Positions 48,788 through 61,480 of a stretch of 64,000 nt of DNA are shown here, in pieces. A program made the position numbers and the translations under genes. Numbering within the stretch: position 1 is the first letter of the stretch; every line of letters starts with the position of its first letter. Where the stretch lies: contig NC_045701.1 of assembly GCF_009834535.1 (NCBI RefSeq), positions 29,760,001 to 29,824,000 on the forward strand, read 5' to 3'. The notes under the pieces are model-generated. The model saw nothing but the letters and a program-made list of their open reading frames with translations. It did no database searches and was not told where the DNA came from. The DNA comes from Camelus ferus (taxonomy: Eukaryota).

Positions 48788-50889
48788 GTTTTGTTAGCAT
48801 TCATTGCCCTCAATATTTATCATTCCTTCTGTGCATAAAACCTACTGTTGGAAAAGTAAGTCAGGAATCCCTCTGTACTTATTCCCAAGTTGTGTGCATC
48901 TTGCTCTCTATCATACGGTTGGTTATTTCATTCTTTCAAGCATTGAGGCTGTGTTTAGGACATGAAAGAAACCTGTAAGTATCTCTAAGGTTAAAGGTTA
49001 AAGGCTTTTCTGCCCTATCTTGTGTTTCATTTCCTATCATTCACCTAAGTTCTTCTATTGACTTTTTAACAAATGGAATTTATTACCATCTAAAACCCTT
49101 CAGTCTGTCAGTTAATATACGATACATAAATTTAAGACCAAGTATTAGCATCCCCAAGAAAACTGATATTTTAATGAAGGCTTTCTATATCCCCAATAAA
49201 GTAATTCTAAATATCAGGAGGAACTATAACTATTTTATTAGGGACAGATAAAATATGCTACTGTCATACTTAATTCAGACTTTTAATGTTAGTTTATTTC
49301 TACTCTAATTCTGATCATTGCATTCCAAGACAACAGATGTCCCACCAGCAAAGTTGTAGTAAGTTTCCATTTATTCCTTCTTTCTGTTCCTTATAAATAT
49401 GAAGAATGACAAACACGTTTACCTCTCTAGCAATCCAACTTTGCACTCACACAGCAAATACCACCTCCTGATGGAAAGGACAATAACTGATTATTCCTGC
49501 CTTTGTTCTTAAATATCTCTTCTCACAGAGGGGCCTCTTAACATTTAGAAATAACAACCAATCTGTGATGCAACAGAGAATGAACTTTGGGAATTTGAAT
49601 GCTGACAAAACTGTAGACTAGTTTCAAAGGGAATTTTTAGAATGCCAAGAAGATATAATCAAAGGATTAGACTAGAAATATGTTGAGTACAAATACTCAA
49701 ATATGTATCAGCTAAAGAGACACTGTGTAACTTCTGGGTTGTAAAATCAACATTCCATCAGTGACAAAAGTATGGAATGGCGAGTTTGTTTATTAGGTCT
49801 GAGTAAATAGAAAGTCAAAGGAGGTTTATATTTTACACTGCAATTCTAAAAGAAAAGTAGCATAATTGACAGGAAATCATTGACATATTCAGAAAGGAAA
49901 TAATGTGGTCAAATAGATGGTAAATATTTTAGATTCACATATTTCTAGTGACAAAGAGATAGGTAATGAGAAAATAAATGATGCTCACAAAGATTCCTTT
50001 GAATAATCCTTCTTAGAAAAAAGAACTGCATATTGCAGGGCTGACGAAATCCTAAAGAGATGTCCTCTTAAATAAACCCTTTTATGGTCTTGATATTTTG
50101 TTGTTTTTCGTTTTAGGAATAATTGTCTCCTATGCTGTGCTAAAGCAACGATGAGGAACTATCTCTTTTTCCATTTAATATTATTGTACAGAAGAAAAAG
50201 ATTAAAAATCATGTAGTAAAGGCAATATAATTTAAATTTTAGTAGATTTAATTTTGCTTAAAGAGATTTTCTATTTAAAAATTAAAGTGCTAAACATACA
50301 TTTTAAAAATAAAAATAATGCATAATCAAACAAATTTCATTCTCATATATGTCCAAATCAGAGAAAGAGAAGCAGGTGGAGCGAAAAATGGGAAACAGAG
50401 GAAGAAAGAAAAGCACAAAGTTATGAAAATAAAAATATAGATAAAGAGGAAGGGGAAAGTAAATTACAAGAACAAATTTGAAAACTGTATTAGAAAAATA
50501 AGAAAAGAACTTGAAAGGATAAAGGCATAGAAAAGCATATTCTATAAAACCACATATACAAATGGACTCAACAGAGAAAAGAAGGTTATTTATAAAAAAT
50601 AATAATAATAAAGTAAAATGTGTGAAAACATATGTGGAGAAAAATCACCATCTTGGAGTACATTGCAGTCTTTATTGTCACCAAAGACTTTTTAATATGT
50701 GATTTTTTTCATAACTATAGACATAATTAGGGACCTTGCTTCTTAACATTTGTCACAATACTTAAAATAAAATTAACCTGATGACCTAAACTAGTCCTCA
50801 GATAAGAGACTTCTTATACCTGTTGGGAAAAGTTTATGATTTTAGACAATCTTAGAAACTAAAGTCATGAACGAGGCTGTATTTTAGTG

Positions 50890-51170
50890 TTAGCAATACA
50901 TCACTGAGCAAGAGAAAAAAGGTTCCTGTTCCTAGGGATTTTACATTCTATTCCACGGAGAAGACAATAAACAAACACACCAGAGAGGAAATATCCGGTA
51001 GTGGTAAGTACTACCATAGAATTACAACACAGTGATGTGCTGGGAAGAAATGGTGAGAGATGGCTGCTCTTGGTGAGCTGGCCATGGAGAGCCTTTCTGA
51101 GGGGATGGCATTTTGACGGAGATTCAAATGTCTAGAATAAGCCCACTATGAGAAGATCTGAAGAAAGAGC
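50890..51170 (-). mobile_element. L2 fragment
   Basis: cctagggattttacattcta...ggccatggagagcctttctgaggggatggcattttgacggagattcaa. Confidence 0.55.
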
Positions 51171-52189
51171 TGATAAAAGGCCATGAAGCAGGAAGGGGAT
51201 GGTCTTTTGTGGTTTTGATTCTTCTGTCTGTTGTTTTTCTGACTTTCACTCACAAAGCTTTGCTTTCTTGTGTGTTCCCTGATGTTTGACTATAAGCTCT
51301 TATTTCTTCCAAGTTTATCAGTAAAATACTTTGAGTCCTAGAAAAAAGACAGGATCCTCCAAAGGATCTTTATGTTTCTTTCTATCAGGAATCATGATAA
51401 CTCTGGAACCAAAAACTTTGAATAAAATTATCAGCTAGCAGTGATTCAAACTCAAAAAAAAAAAAGTGTGAGCCCACTCATGGTTCATCATCCTTTTTTC
51501 CCCTTTTTTGCCTTTTGGGTGGTGAGATTTTAAAAATCTATTTCACCACTACCCTGAGAACATATCGTTTGAGACCTCAGCCTGTGGAGTAGATCCTTGG
51601 GTAAGCCCTGGGCTTTGTATCCTATCCGTCTCTGTCCCTACCACCAACACTTGTGGCCTTGAAAACAGAACACAAGTCTTCACAGTAAAAGCTGATTCAC
51701 CATTTATTTCTCTGCATTCCCAATTTCATCTGGTTTTTAGATTCTAAATATTCTACACCATCTTTTTTTTTTTTTTTTTTTGGCCAGTTCATCAAAGTAT
51801 TTCAAAAGATGTTTATTCGACACGTGTATTTGTTTTTAGTGGGCAATTCAGTAAAGTTATCTAATGTACCACCAGATGGAAAGGAGGCAACTGTATCGTT
51901 TCTGGCAAGGCACGTAGATGTCATACTCTTCCAATCCCACAATAGTTTCAGGCTTAGATACATTTTAATATATTTAATATTGAGCACTCATCCTTTCCCC
52001 TCATTTCTTGGTCTTCACATGATTGACTGAAGTTTGTTCCAAGAGTTTCTTCAAAAGGGTCCTTTGAAACAACATTCCCAGATTTTTGTTTGATGTTTAA
52101 AACTGCTTGTAGCCTTTTCATTTAAATGCCAGTTCTGCTAGGTTTACACTTGTCTGAAACATTTTGTAGCTTTTGCTCCACCTCACCTC

Positions 52190-52310
52190 CACTTAATGAC
52201 GGTTAATCATATTGTATAGATGCAAGAAAGGCAAACTGGCCTGCTGCCAATGAAGCTGGATGGGGAGATCTCTCAGACTTTGTCAGAGGAAAGCCTCAAT
52301 CCCTGGGGAA
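52190..52310 (-). promoter_or_regulatory. Candidate OR promoter: homeodomain TAATGA (52194-52199) plus perfect O/E (Ebf) site TCCCTGGGGA (52300-52309)
   Basis: Unique sequence 5.4 kb upstream of the copy 3 ATG. HD plus O/E pairs are the established OR promoter signature (Lhx2/Ebf); function is inferred. Confidence 0.4.
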
Positions 52311-52837
52311 ACAGAGATTGCCAGTAATATTTGGCCTTTTCTTATATGTTCATATATTTTTAAATTTTTAATAAAATATATATTATTTATTAATTTAAAA
52401 AACAGGAGAACTTTATTTTTGTTTGGATTTTTTTTACCAGATGTAATAACAAATTCCATCTTATTAATATTAATATTTGCAAAAAGCTATGAGATGAATG
52501 GTACTTGGGTTCTGAAATCTCAGGCTGGTCAGTGAGTAATTGAAAGTATAATCATTATCCAGACCTAAAGATGTTAACTTACTCAATTCAGATATTGCTG
52601 ATATTAAAAACAGAAACGCAACAGCAGTTTTGGAAGGGAGGAGAAATAGAAGAAACTGAAAGACAAGGGTTAAAAGATATTTAGAAGTAACAGAGAGAAA
52701 TAGGGAAGAGTTAAGTGGGGAGGAGTCTACCCACATTCCTGAGGGTACTGGGTTAGAGGCAGCCCTGCACAGGAAAAGATTATGTGTGAGATTAACACCC
52801 ATTTATCCTACACTAGCCTGCCTTATTAGCCCTGCTT

Positions 52838-53031
52838 TAGGATTTCACAGTCTTGGCACTAAGGACATACCGGGGCCAGATAATCTAAGGAGGGTAGCTG
52901 GTTCATGTTTAGCAGCATCCCTGGTTTCTATACAGATGGCAATCACAGTCCCCAGTGTGACCACCAAAAATGTCATGAGACACTTCCAAATGTCCCTTGG
53001 AGGCTGAAATTGCCCCAGTTGAGAACTTCTG
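52838..53031 (-). mobile_element. MER20 (hAT-Charlie)
   Basis: cttggcact..gacat..gggccagataat...tttagcagcatccctgg...caccaaaaatgtc...ccaaatgtcccttgg...aaattgccccagttgagaacttctg is the reverse complement of the recalled MER20 consensus. Confidence 0.85.
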
Positions 53032-53519
53032 ATCTAAGTCTTTATACCAATGATGTCCTCCATGAATCAGGCTAGGTCACTGCTTACCAGTGTGCCAAAA
53101 ATTCCCCATTTCTCTGCTTACATTAATTTCAGGTATATTTCTAATTAAGCAATTCTTCATTGTGATACTATTTTGATGTTTTTTCCTTCTTATTGATAGC
53201 TTCAGTATTTTCAACAAATATCCTTCTGTAGTAGGTGCTTGGAGAGCATGTTGAGTCAGTAGTCCCTGTCTCAAGAACATTAATCTTAGCTAAATGAAGG
53301 ATAAGTGACAAATTGAATGAAGTCTGGCTGGTTCAGATACAGAAAATAACAATAGGATAACATAAAATATAGGAACATAACTCATCATTTTTATTATGTA
53401 CATTTATCTCTCTTGTATGTTAACTTTTTTTTCATGCTCTGTTGTAAAATATTAGAGAAGTCTGCTGTTTTATTTATTTCCTGGCAATGAGAGGTCAATT
53501 CAAAATTCAAGAATCAAAT

Positions 53520-54310
53520 TTTCTGTGTGGTCTCTTGTCCTCAGAGCCACAAAGGAGAAAATGGTGCCTTGTTATTCATAACAAGCCCTTTCCATCACAA
53601 TTAGGTTTATGTCAATGAAGGTGACTTTTGAATCCTACCCCAGAATTGCAGGTGGTTGCCAGAAGAACCAAACATGTGATTAGAGGGTTGGAACTTTCAG
53701 TCCAACCCCTTCATTTCTGGAGAGGCTGGAGAGGAGAGAGGGGTTTGAGTTGGAATAAATCATCATTGGCCAATGATTTAGCCAGTCATGATTATGTGAT
53801 GAAGCCTCCATAAAACCCAAAAAGACAGCTTTTTGGTTTATCTGGATAGCTTCCATATCCCAGAACCAGAGTACTTCTGTATCCTACATGCCAGTCCCCA
53901 AGCTCCACAAGAACAGAAATTCCTTTTTCAGAACTTCAGCCTATGCATCTCTTCATCTGGCTGTTGATTCAGATCCTGTGATATTCTTTGTAGTAAATCA
54001 GCAATCTAGTGAGTAAACAGGTTTTCCTGAGTTCTGTGAGCTGTTCGAGCAAATTAATCAAACCCAAGGAGAGGATCATGGGAATCTCTGATTTATAGCC
54101 AGTTAGTCAGAAGCACAGGTAGCCACCTGGGCTTGCAGCTGGCATCTCAAGGGGAGGCTGGTCTTGTGGAACTGAGCCCTTTACCTGTGGAATCTGATTC
54201 TGCCTCCAGGTAGACAGTGTCAGCATTGAGCTGAATTTTCAGATACGCTGCTTGAATCCAAGAATTGTTTATTGGTGTGGGGACCCCTCCAAACACACAG
54301 GGGTCTGGGA
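53520..54310 (+). mobile_element. MER21-like LTR
   Basis: tgttattcataacaagcccttt...gtgattagagggttggaactttcag...tttcctgagttctgtgagc...gagccctttacctgtggaatctga...gtgtcagcattgagctgaatt. Confidence 0.75.
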
Positions 54311-55764
54311 ACCCCATTCAATCATCATAGGAAAATATTCCCAAAGCAAAGAACAAATTTTATGTATTGTCATTCCATCCTATGTGCCTGAGGTGCACTG
54401 GGTCTGGGACAGATTACTTTCTCAATTAATAAATAGCGTATAGATAAAGAATTACCCTGTGATTGTTTTCATTAACTATTCACATATATTCATTCCGGAT
54501 ACTGACAGGAATCTATTTGCCATAAAGCCTAGTCATTGTATGATATCAAATAAATATACGACTAAAGCTTGAAGCTCACAAAGTGCTCTTGCCCTTGGAT
54601 GGACAGACTCCCTAGTTTTGAAATTGAAAAATTAATTTAAATTTAAAAATTGTATAAACTCAAATATTATAATATGCATTTTACATTCTGAAGCATGGTC
54701 AGTAAATGGGTTCTTAGTATCAGGGAATAGTGTAATCACTAATAAATAATCCACTAGAGAATTATGGAAACCAGTACATTAGATCTCTTCCATGTGTACT
54801 CAAAATGGTTTAATAGGAAAGAACTCTTAACTATAGTACTAACAAAAGCAGCACCCTATTAATTTAATTTTAACATGAAAGGCAGAATTAGCAAATACAA
54901 AAAAACCCACAAAAATGGCAAAAGAGGTGATCTTTTAAAATAAATCACACAGCTTAGATGTCTATCAGTCCGAGTCAACCTAGAGTCCCTTTCCTCCGAG
55001 TCTGCTTTCACACTAGAGGGTGCTAAGGAGAAACTGGCTATAAAAACTGCTAGATGACAGGAGATTTCCTTTGAAAGAGAGGGGTCTCATGTATGAACCA
55101 AAGTACACTCGGCTATAAATTCATGAGCATTGACTCCAAGATGTGACAAAATCTTGAGTTCTGTCACCAATACTGTTGAGTGGCTACCACCTGAAGTGAG
55201 TTGACATGACTTATGTAAACGAATTCTCACTTTCCATTATTAACTCTGGAAAAAGGAAGGGATAAAGGACAAAATAATCTATTTTTCCAGTCCCAGGAAG
55301 ATTGTTTACCAAACACCATCCCCCTGGGCTGACATTGAAACATGACAATATTTAATTTGGTCACTTGAAACTACGCATATTCATATGCTAGCCACTTCTA
55401 TATGTTCGTAGTAGACACGTCTCCCAGGTCTTCTTTATTTTATTATTTCTCAACACACATTCTCCTCACAGCCAAAGCCTCTCCAGAATGGTCGCTCAGT
55501 AAATAATTAGTGAAAATGTATTTTTTAGCAGACCATTATTCTACCTTGAATTTTAACAGTAATTTACCAGAAATTTCAGAGAGGGTGTGGGTAAATTTAC
55601 TTCCATTTTAATTTATTTGTTTTTCACCAAACAGAGGGAAAATCTAGTAGGATTTTAAGAGCTCATACAAAAGGAGGTAGTGAAAGCAGCAGTATTACTG
55701 CAAATGCTTCCTACTTTAGGACCATTTATAGTCCAGGAGGACTATAAAATATGCCATTTATCTT

Positions 55765-56706
55765 TCACTTCTCTTTACAGAAAATGTATCTGTTGACCAA
55801 CTTCCTCACAGCTGTCTTTACTTCCTTGTTTCGCAGTGTGTAGATGATGGGGTTAAGTAAAGGGAANNNNNNNNNNNNNNNNNNNNNNNNNNNNNNNNNN
55901 NNNNNNNNNNNNNNNNNNNNNNNNNNNNNNNNNNNNNNNNNNNNNNNNNNNNNNNNNNNNNNNNNNNNNNNNNNNNNNNNNNNNNNNNNNNNNNNNNNNN
56001 NNNNNNNNNCACCGGAGCCTGAGTGTTTCTTGAGCATGGCCAGGAGAAAGGCATAGGANNNNNNNNNNNNNNNNNNNNNNNNNNNNNNNNNNNNNNNNNN
56101 NNNNNNNNNNNNNNNNNNNNNNNNNNNNNNNNNNNNNNNNNNNNNNNNNNNNNNNNNNNNNNNNNNNNNNNNNNNNNNNNNNNNNNNNNNNNNNNNNNNN
56201 NAGAAGGGAAGTCGAACAATGAGTGCCACCTGTATCACAGAGTGAATGAAGCCCCCTATCCAGGAGAGAGCCACCAGAATACAGCAGAGACGTCGATTCA
56301 TGATAGTAGCATAGTGGAGGGGGCGGCAGATAGCAGCATAGCGGTCAAAGGCCATCACTGTGAGCAGGAACATCTCTGAGGCCCCAACAAAATGCAAGAA
56401 GAAGAGCTGAGCAATGCACCCACCGAAGGAAATGATCTTCCTTTCCACAAAGAAGTCTACGAGCATTTTGGGGGCTGTGATGGAGGAGTACCAAATGTCA
56501 AGGAAGGCTAGATTAGCCAACAGGAAATACATGGGCGAGGTCAGATGTGGGTCAAGCCTGATGGTGCAAATAATAAGAATATTTCCTGGAAGAATGAACA
56601 AATAGAAAGATAGAAATATAACAAATAGGACGAGTTGCACTTCCCGAGTCTGAGATAAGCCAGTGAGAACAAATTCTGTCACTCTGGTGTAATTTGTAGG
56701 TTCCAT
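55765..56706 (-). CDS. OR4M1: Olfactory receptor OR4M1-like (313 codons; 286 nt unresolved as N); optional in-frame upstream ATG at 56724
   Basis: [63 protein letters not shown]...KKHSGSG...[17 protein letters not shown] is near-identical to recalled human OR4M1; intactness inside the N runs cannot be verified. Confidence 0.8.
   Translation of the reverse strand: MEPTNYTRVTEFVLTGLSQTREVQLVLFVIFLSFYLFILPGNILIICTIRLDPHLTSPMYFLLANLAFLDIWYSSITAPKMLVDFFVERKIISFGGCIAQLFFLHFVGASEMFLLTVMAFDRYAAICRPLHYATIMNRRLCCILVALSWIGGFIHSVIQVALIVRLPFXXXXXXXXXXXXXXXXXXXXXXXXXXXXXXXXXXXXXXXXXXXXXXXXSYAFLLAMLKKHSGSGXXXXXXXXXXXXXXXXXXXXXXXXXXXXXXXXXXXXXXXXXXXXXXXXFPLLNPIIYTLRNKEVKTAVRKLVNRYIFCKEK
55867..56009. other. 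N run, 143 nt
   Basis: Counted directly. Confidence 0.97.
56059..56201. other. N run, 143 nt
   Basis: Counted directly. Confidence 0.97.
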
Positions 56707-57659
56707 TTTTTCACTTTCTTTCATAATATGGCTATGAAAAATAAAGAAATTTTAATTATTCCAAATAGCATTTAATCAGAGTTATAGCCCTTCTTTAAAA
56801 ATCATCAGATATTCTCTATTACTAAGAAATTGCATTAAGATGTTTGGTTGCCCCATTTTATGTTTCGTAAACCAAGGTGGGGGAAGGGAAAGTGATGACC
56901 TGAAAATTAGAAACATCAGAACCATGGGAAGTGTGTCACATACCCAAAGTCAAAACCTCAACTTGTTAGTGTTATTTCTATGTGTTATGAAACTCAAAAA
57001 TGCACTAATCCTTCCCCTAAACATCTACCTTAGTAAGCAATATTTGCAGCTACTTCTGAATTTAGCCAAACTTTAGACTGGTAATAAGAGATGCAGCCTG
57101 TTCTGATATATTTTCTGTAGTTGATGAGAAATCTAACCAACTTGGAAACTTAGGCTTGTAGTCTAAGATCAGGTATGCTGATCTGGCAGTATTTTCATTT
57201 TAATCCATCAGAGAGATCCCAAGACAGTATGAGTAGTGAATGGACATTTTTTCCTTAACTGGAACCTACACAGATTTATCCTAGATAATGGGTAAGCAAG
57301 CACAAAACACGACATTACAGGGCCCTCCCTGTGTGAAAATTCTTCTGACTGTGACCTGACTCGATTACCTCTCTGATCATGCATTTGACCTACTGTTTCA
57401 GGAACGTAGGAAGATGTAGCCAGCAACACTCAACCGCTACTCATAACACACCCAGGGCACTCCACCATGCCACTTCCTCACTGAAGGACAAAATAACACA
57501 TATATTCTGTACATGAACATGATCGTGGCCTCAAATATCATAAAACCCACAATTCTGACCCTAGCCTGCATTTGTGATTTAGTGAATATCAAAACAAAAC
57601 TCAGACATGACATTGAAAGCTCTATCCCACAATGTATAGCTTCAGTGTCATTTTAAAAA

Positions 57660-58370
57660 ATTATTCATTTGTTTACTCAACGAGTACTTAAGGAATATCC
57701 ACTATGTATGTGCTAACTAATGAGAGTACAACAATGAGCAAGGGAGACAGTTTCTGCCTCACTGAACTTCCATTTAGAAATATAGACAGATAATAAGTTA
57801 GTAAACAAGCAATAAGTAAATTAATGAAACATAAATAAGTAAAATAAAATACCACTATTGATAAAAGAAGAAAATTAGAAGGGAATTATGATTTAAAAAA
57901 TGATGGTGGCCTGTGGTGATGTGTGGTGATGGCTTATTTAGAAAAGCTTCTCTCAATTGGTGACACTTCAACTAAATTTCATAGTCTGGAGAAAAGCATT
58001 TTAAGAATAGGGAACAAGACATATAAAGACTTTGTGTCAGGGCAGAGTTTCTAGGAACTGTAGAAGACCTGTGACTGATTGAGCACAAACACAGAATAAA
58101 GAGACAGCCAAAGACTGAGCATTAGAGTCTACAATAAGAAAGTTGGATTTGAACAGTCTCCAATGTATTTTAGAATAAAATCTAGAGAATACCTTAAAAT
58201 TTGCAGTTTGGAAATTTCATTTGGGTTACTATGTGAATACACTGAAGTGGGATTACAGTGGGGAAAAACGACGTGGCTTAAAGATAGGTCAACAGCTATT
58301 CAAACAAATGAATTGTTTAGAAAATATTTAGGAAGGGCAATCGGCAGGATTTAATGTTGAATTGTACGTT
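57660..58370 (-). mobile_element. L2 fragment
   Basis: ttattcatttgtttactcaacgagtactt...tctgcctcactgaacttcc...gaaaagcttctctcaattggtgacacttcaact...ggcaggattt. Confidence 0.6.
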
Positions 58371-58814
58371 GTTATTGTCACACTACCAAAGTCAGCTGGA
58401 ATCTGAACACCATAATGACAAACTTTTAAGAAATGTATCTTTATTTCTTCTGTGTTTACAATGAGGTTCATCTAGCACATGCCAGGTTCTTCATAAAATT
58501 TGACTGAATATACCAACAATCTTTAGAAATGCCCTGTCACACTCTGAGAAAATCTTGGAATTATGCCATAAAATCCGTAACAAGAAATTACGTTTATGGG
58601 GAATTCTTGAGGGAGCTGAACCATCCGTGGAGCCTGAGTTATGGCATTTCTTTCCAAGGCTGCCATGTCAGAGGGGACAGCTATTCCAAGCCAGTGCCTA
58701 CTCTTAGAACAGCTCTGTCAGTAGATCAGGAGGGTTTTATATCACCCACCTGCACCTTCCAAATTTCTGGATGCAAGCCTGCTTGGGTTTTTTCTGGGAG
58801 TGGGGGGGGCTGAG

Positions 58815-59345
58815 TTTTTTTTAAAACTGGAAACTTTATATATTAAGATGTACAACATGATGATTTGACATATATATACATAGTGAAATGATTACTACCA
58901 TCAAGCTTATTAACATATCATCTTCCACATAGCATTTTTCCTATGATTAGAGCACCTGAAATCTACTCCCTTGGCAAATTTCCAACATCCAATATAGTAT
59001 TATTAACTATAGTCATCATTCTGTACATTAATGCTCTAGATTTATTTATCCATCCAACATCATTGGCAACCATGTACCTTTTGACCAATATCTCCCTATT
59101 TCCCCCACCTCCCTGCCCCTGGTAACCACCATTCTACTCTCAAGTGGATAAAGAAATTATGATTGTATACATTCATCTCTACACATACATACATACACAC
59201 ATACAGATTATTCAGCCTTTAAAAGAGGGAGATCCTGTCATTTGCAAAAAAATGGGTGAAACTGAAGGATGTTATGCTAAGTAAAATAAGCCAAACAAAG
59301 AAAGAAAAATATTGCATAGTCTTATATGTAGAATCTTAAAAAGCT
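58815..59345 (-). mobile_element. L1MA-type 3' end with 5' inversion (minus piece 58815-59139, plus piece 59140-59345)
   Basis: The minus piece is the terminal 3'UTR (from agagtagaatggtggttaccagggg to poly(A)); the plus piece is the immediately upstream segment (tggataaagaaa...tatgtagaatcttaaaaag). Confidence 0.8.
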
Positions 59346-60391
59346 TGCTCCTCTGTTAACAACATCTAGTGAATTCCCATTCTGTGTTTAATCTGCAGGG
59401 ATGAAGTATCTAGAGGATGACTGTGGAGATACCTAGGAGTACAGAGGCCCTCCATATAAGTGAGTGAACTGTGAACTCTCCTCAGGGGAACAAATGCTTT
59501 GGGGAAAGACAAGAATCTGTGCAGAAGTTCTTCCTTACTAATAATGCAATGTTCATCCATGTATCTAGCCAAGCCCTCAGTAACCACAGGGAGAAGAGCT
59601 ATCTTCTCAGTTTAAGTAATTTAGGGAGGCTTTCACATAGATTCTTAAACAGAAAAGGATTAAATGACTCAAGGATACTGGGTTACACTCATACTTGAGG
59701 CTTAAAAAACTTAGCTATTATCTACAACCATCATCCATTCTCTTCTTAGATGCAGATGTGAATGAAGAAATCATTGTCTCCCAGAGTAAGTCACTCACCT
59801 TAGCTTCTCTTGATAATCAAAATAACTCACAACTGAAAGAAATCCTTTCAGACTGTACTTCAGTAACATCAGATTGAAGGATTATGCTCAAACTGAGATG
59901 GAGAAAATGGAAGAAGAGGAAAGATTATATTGATGAGGGGGGAGGGAAGCTATAAAAGAAAGAGGAAGTCATTATCCTGTATTTCTTCTGAGGATGAAAA
60001 CATCTTTATGGGTTACGTTGCCACCAGTGGGGTGTTCATTTAAATGAAAAAACAAAAAGTAGTTTTTATAAAATAAAAAAGGGAAATATTTATTTAAAAA
60101 AATTCAAGCGATGATTAGTTGAAAACCCTTCTCCAGAGAAGGAAGGTACTTTCGCCTCTCAAACCTGCTGGTTATGGGACTATGGTGAAGGCTGTGGAGC
60201 AGAGCTTTCTCCTTACTGAGCTCTGGGCAAGAGGAGCAAAGGAAACACTGAAAATGGGGACTGAGGTCAAGTGGGGGAGGAAGCATGAAAGTAAGTACAG
60301 CGGGAAGGTATTAGATTCTTAGAAAACAGATACATGTTTATTTTTAGAGAGTATTCTACCTCAGTAAGATCTGTTAGAACACATCATTCAA

Positions 60392-60434
60392 ATATTTATA
60401 TTTATATTTATATTTATATTTATATTTATTTATA
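60392..60434. repeat. (TATATT)n hexamer repeat
   Basis: atatttatatttatatttatatttatatttatatttatttata read directly. Confidence 0.85.
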
Positions 60435-61264
60435 TCAGTGGGATAAGGAATCACATAAAGTCATTATTTAAAGGCTTTTATCTTTACAACTCTTTTAAGT
60501 GCATACAGCCACTTACAGTATATTTTTAAAATTTCTACAACATCTTCACAAATAATTGAATTTTGGAAAGTGTAAGGTCTTATCTGACATATATTCCACT
60601 TAGAAAGGCAGCTGTGAAAAGCATGAGCAAGAATTGAGAAACTTGAATTCTCCTTGTAGCTTAGCCACCAAAATCTGTGTGATGTTGGGAAGATCATTCG
60701 ACCTCCATGTACAGCAGGTTCTTCCTGCAGCATAAGGGACTTTAACTCGAATTTTAAGATATATTCTAGCTCTATAATTCTAGGAGTCTATGAAAATAAA
60801 AGTGGATTGAGAGTAAAGGGCCCAGAAAGGTAAATTAAGAACAATGTGGGTGACACTGGGGTGGGGGGGCAGCGGGCAGTGATATCATCTCCATTGTGGA
60901 TATATACAACACATTTTTTAAAAAAGCTTCAGTTGATCTTTCCTGTTCTCAAGATATCAAACTCATCTATCTTATTCTGTAAGATAGTGAGGAAGTAGTG
61001 TACAAAAAGTCTGTACCATATAGATGGGTATGTGATGGGGGGGGGGCTCGAGTCTCATAATTAAACCAGTAGCAGAAAATACCAAGATGTAGTAATTATC
61101 TTGATTTCCTATATACTTTGTTGCCCACAGTCAACTAGGCAAGAAGAAAGCCTTAGAATCAGAGAAGGTCTGATCTCAATATACGAGTGTTTTGGGGATC
61201 ATTTGCTGCTTGAGCCTTTCTCCTGTAATAGACTTAGATACGGAGCATCAGTGTCTTGGTTTTC

Positions 61265-61480
61265 ACCACAGCTGAGCACTTTCTAGCTGTGTGACCCTGA
61301 GCAACTCACTTACATCACTCTGTCTTATTGTGCCCCGCAGTGCAGTGGAGGTAATAATAGCTAATCTACGTTATCGGCATTATTGTAGGGATTAATGAGC
61401 TAGTGCATCTAAAGCTCGGAGAAATACCAGGCAAATAGCTCACGCTTACTTAAATTATTATTGTTATTGTTGTTGTCACT
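61265..61480 (+). mobile_element. MIR
   Basis: tttctagctgtgtgaccctgagcaactcacttac...gtaataatagct...gggattaatgagctagtgcatctaaagc...ttattattgttattgttgtt. Confidence 0.8.
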
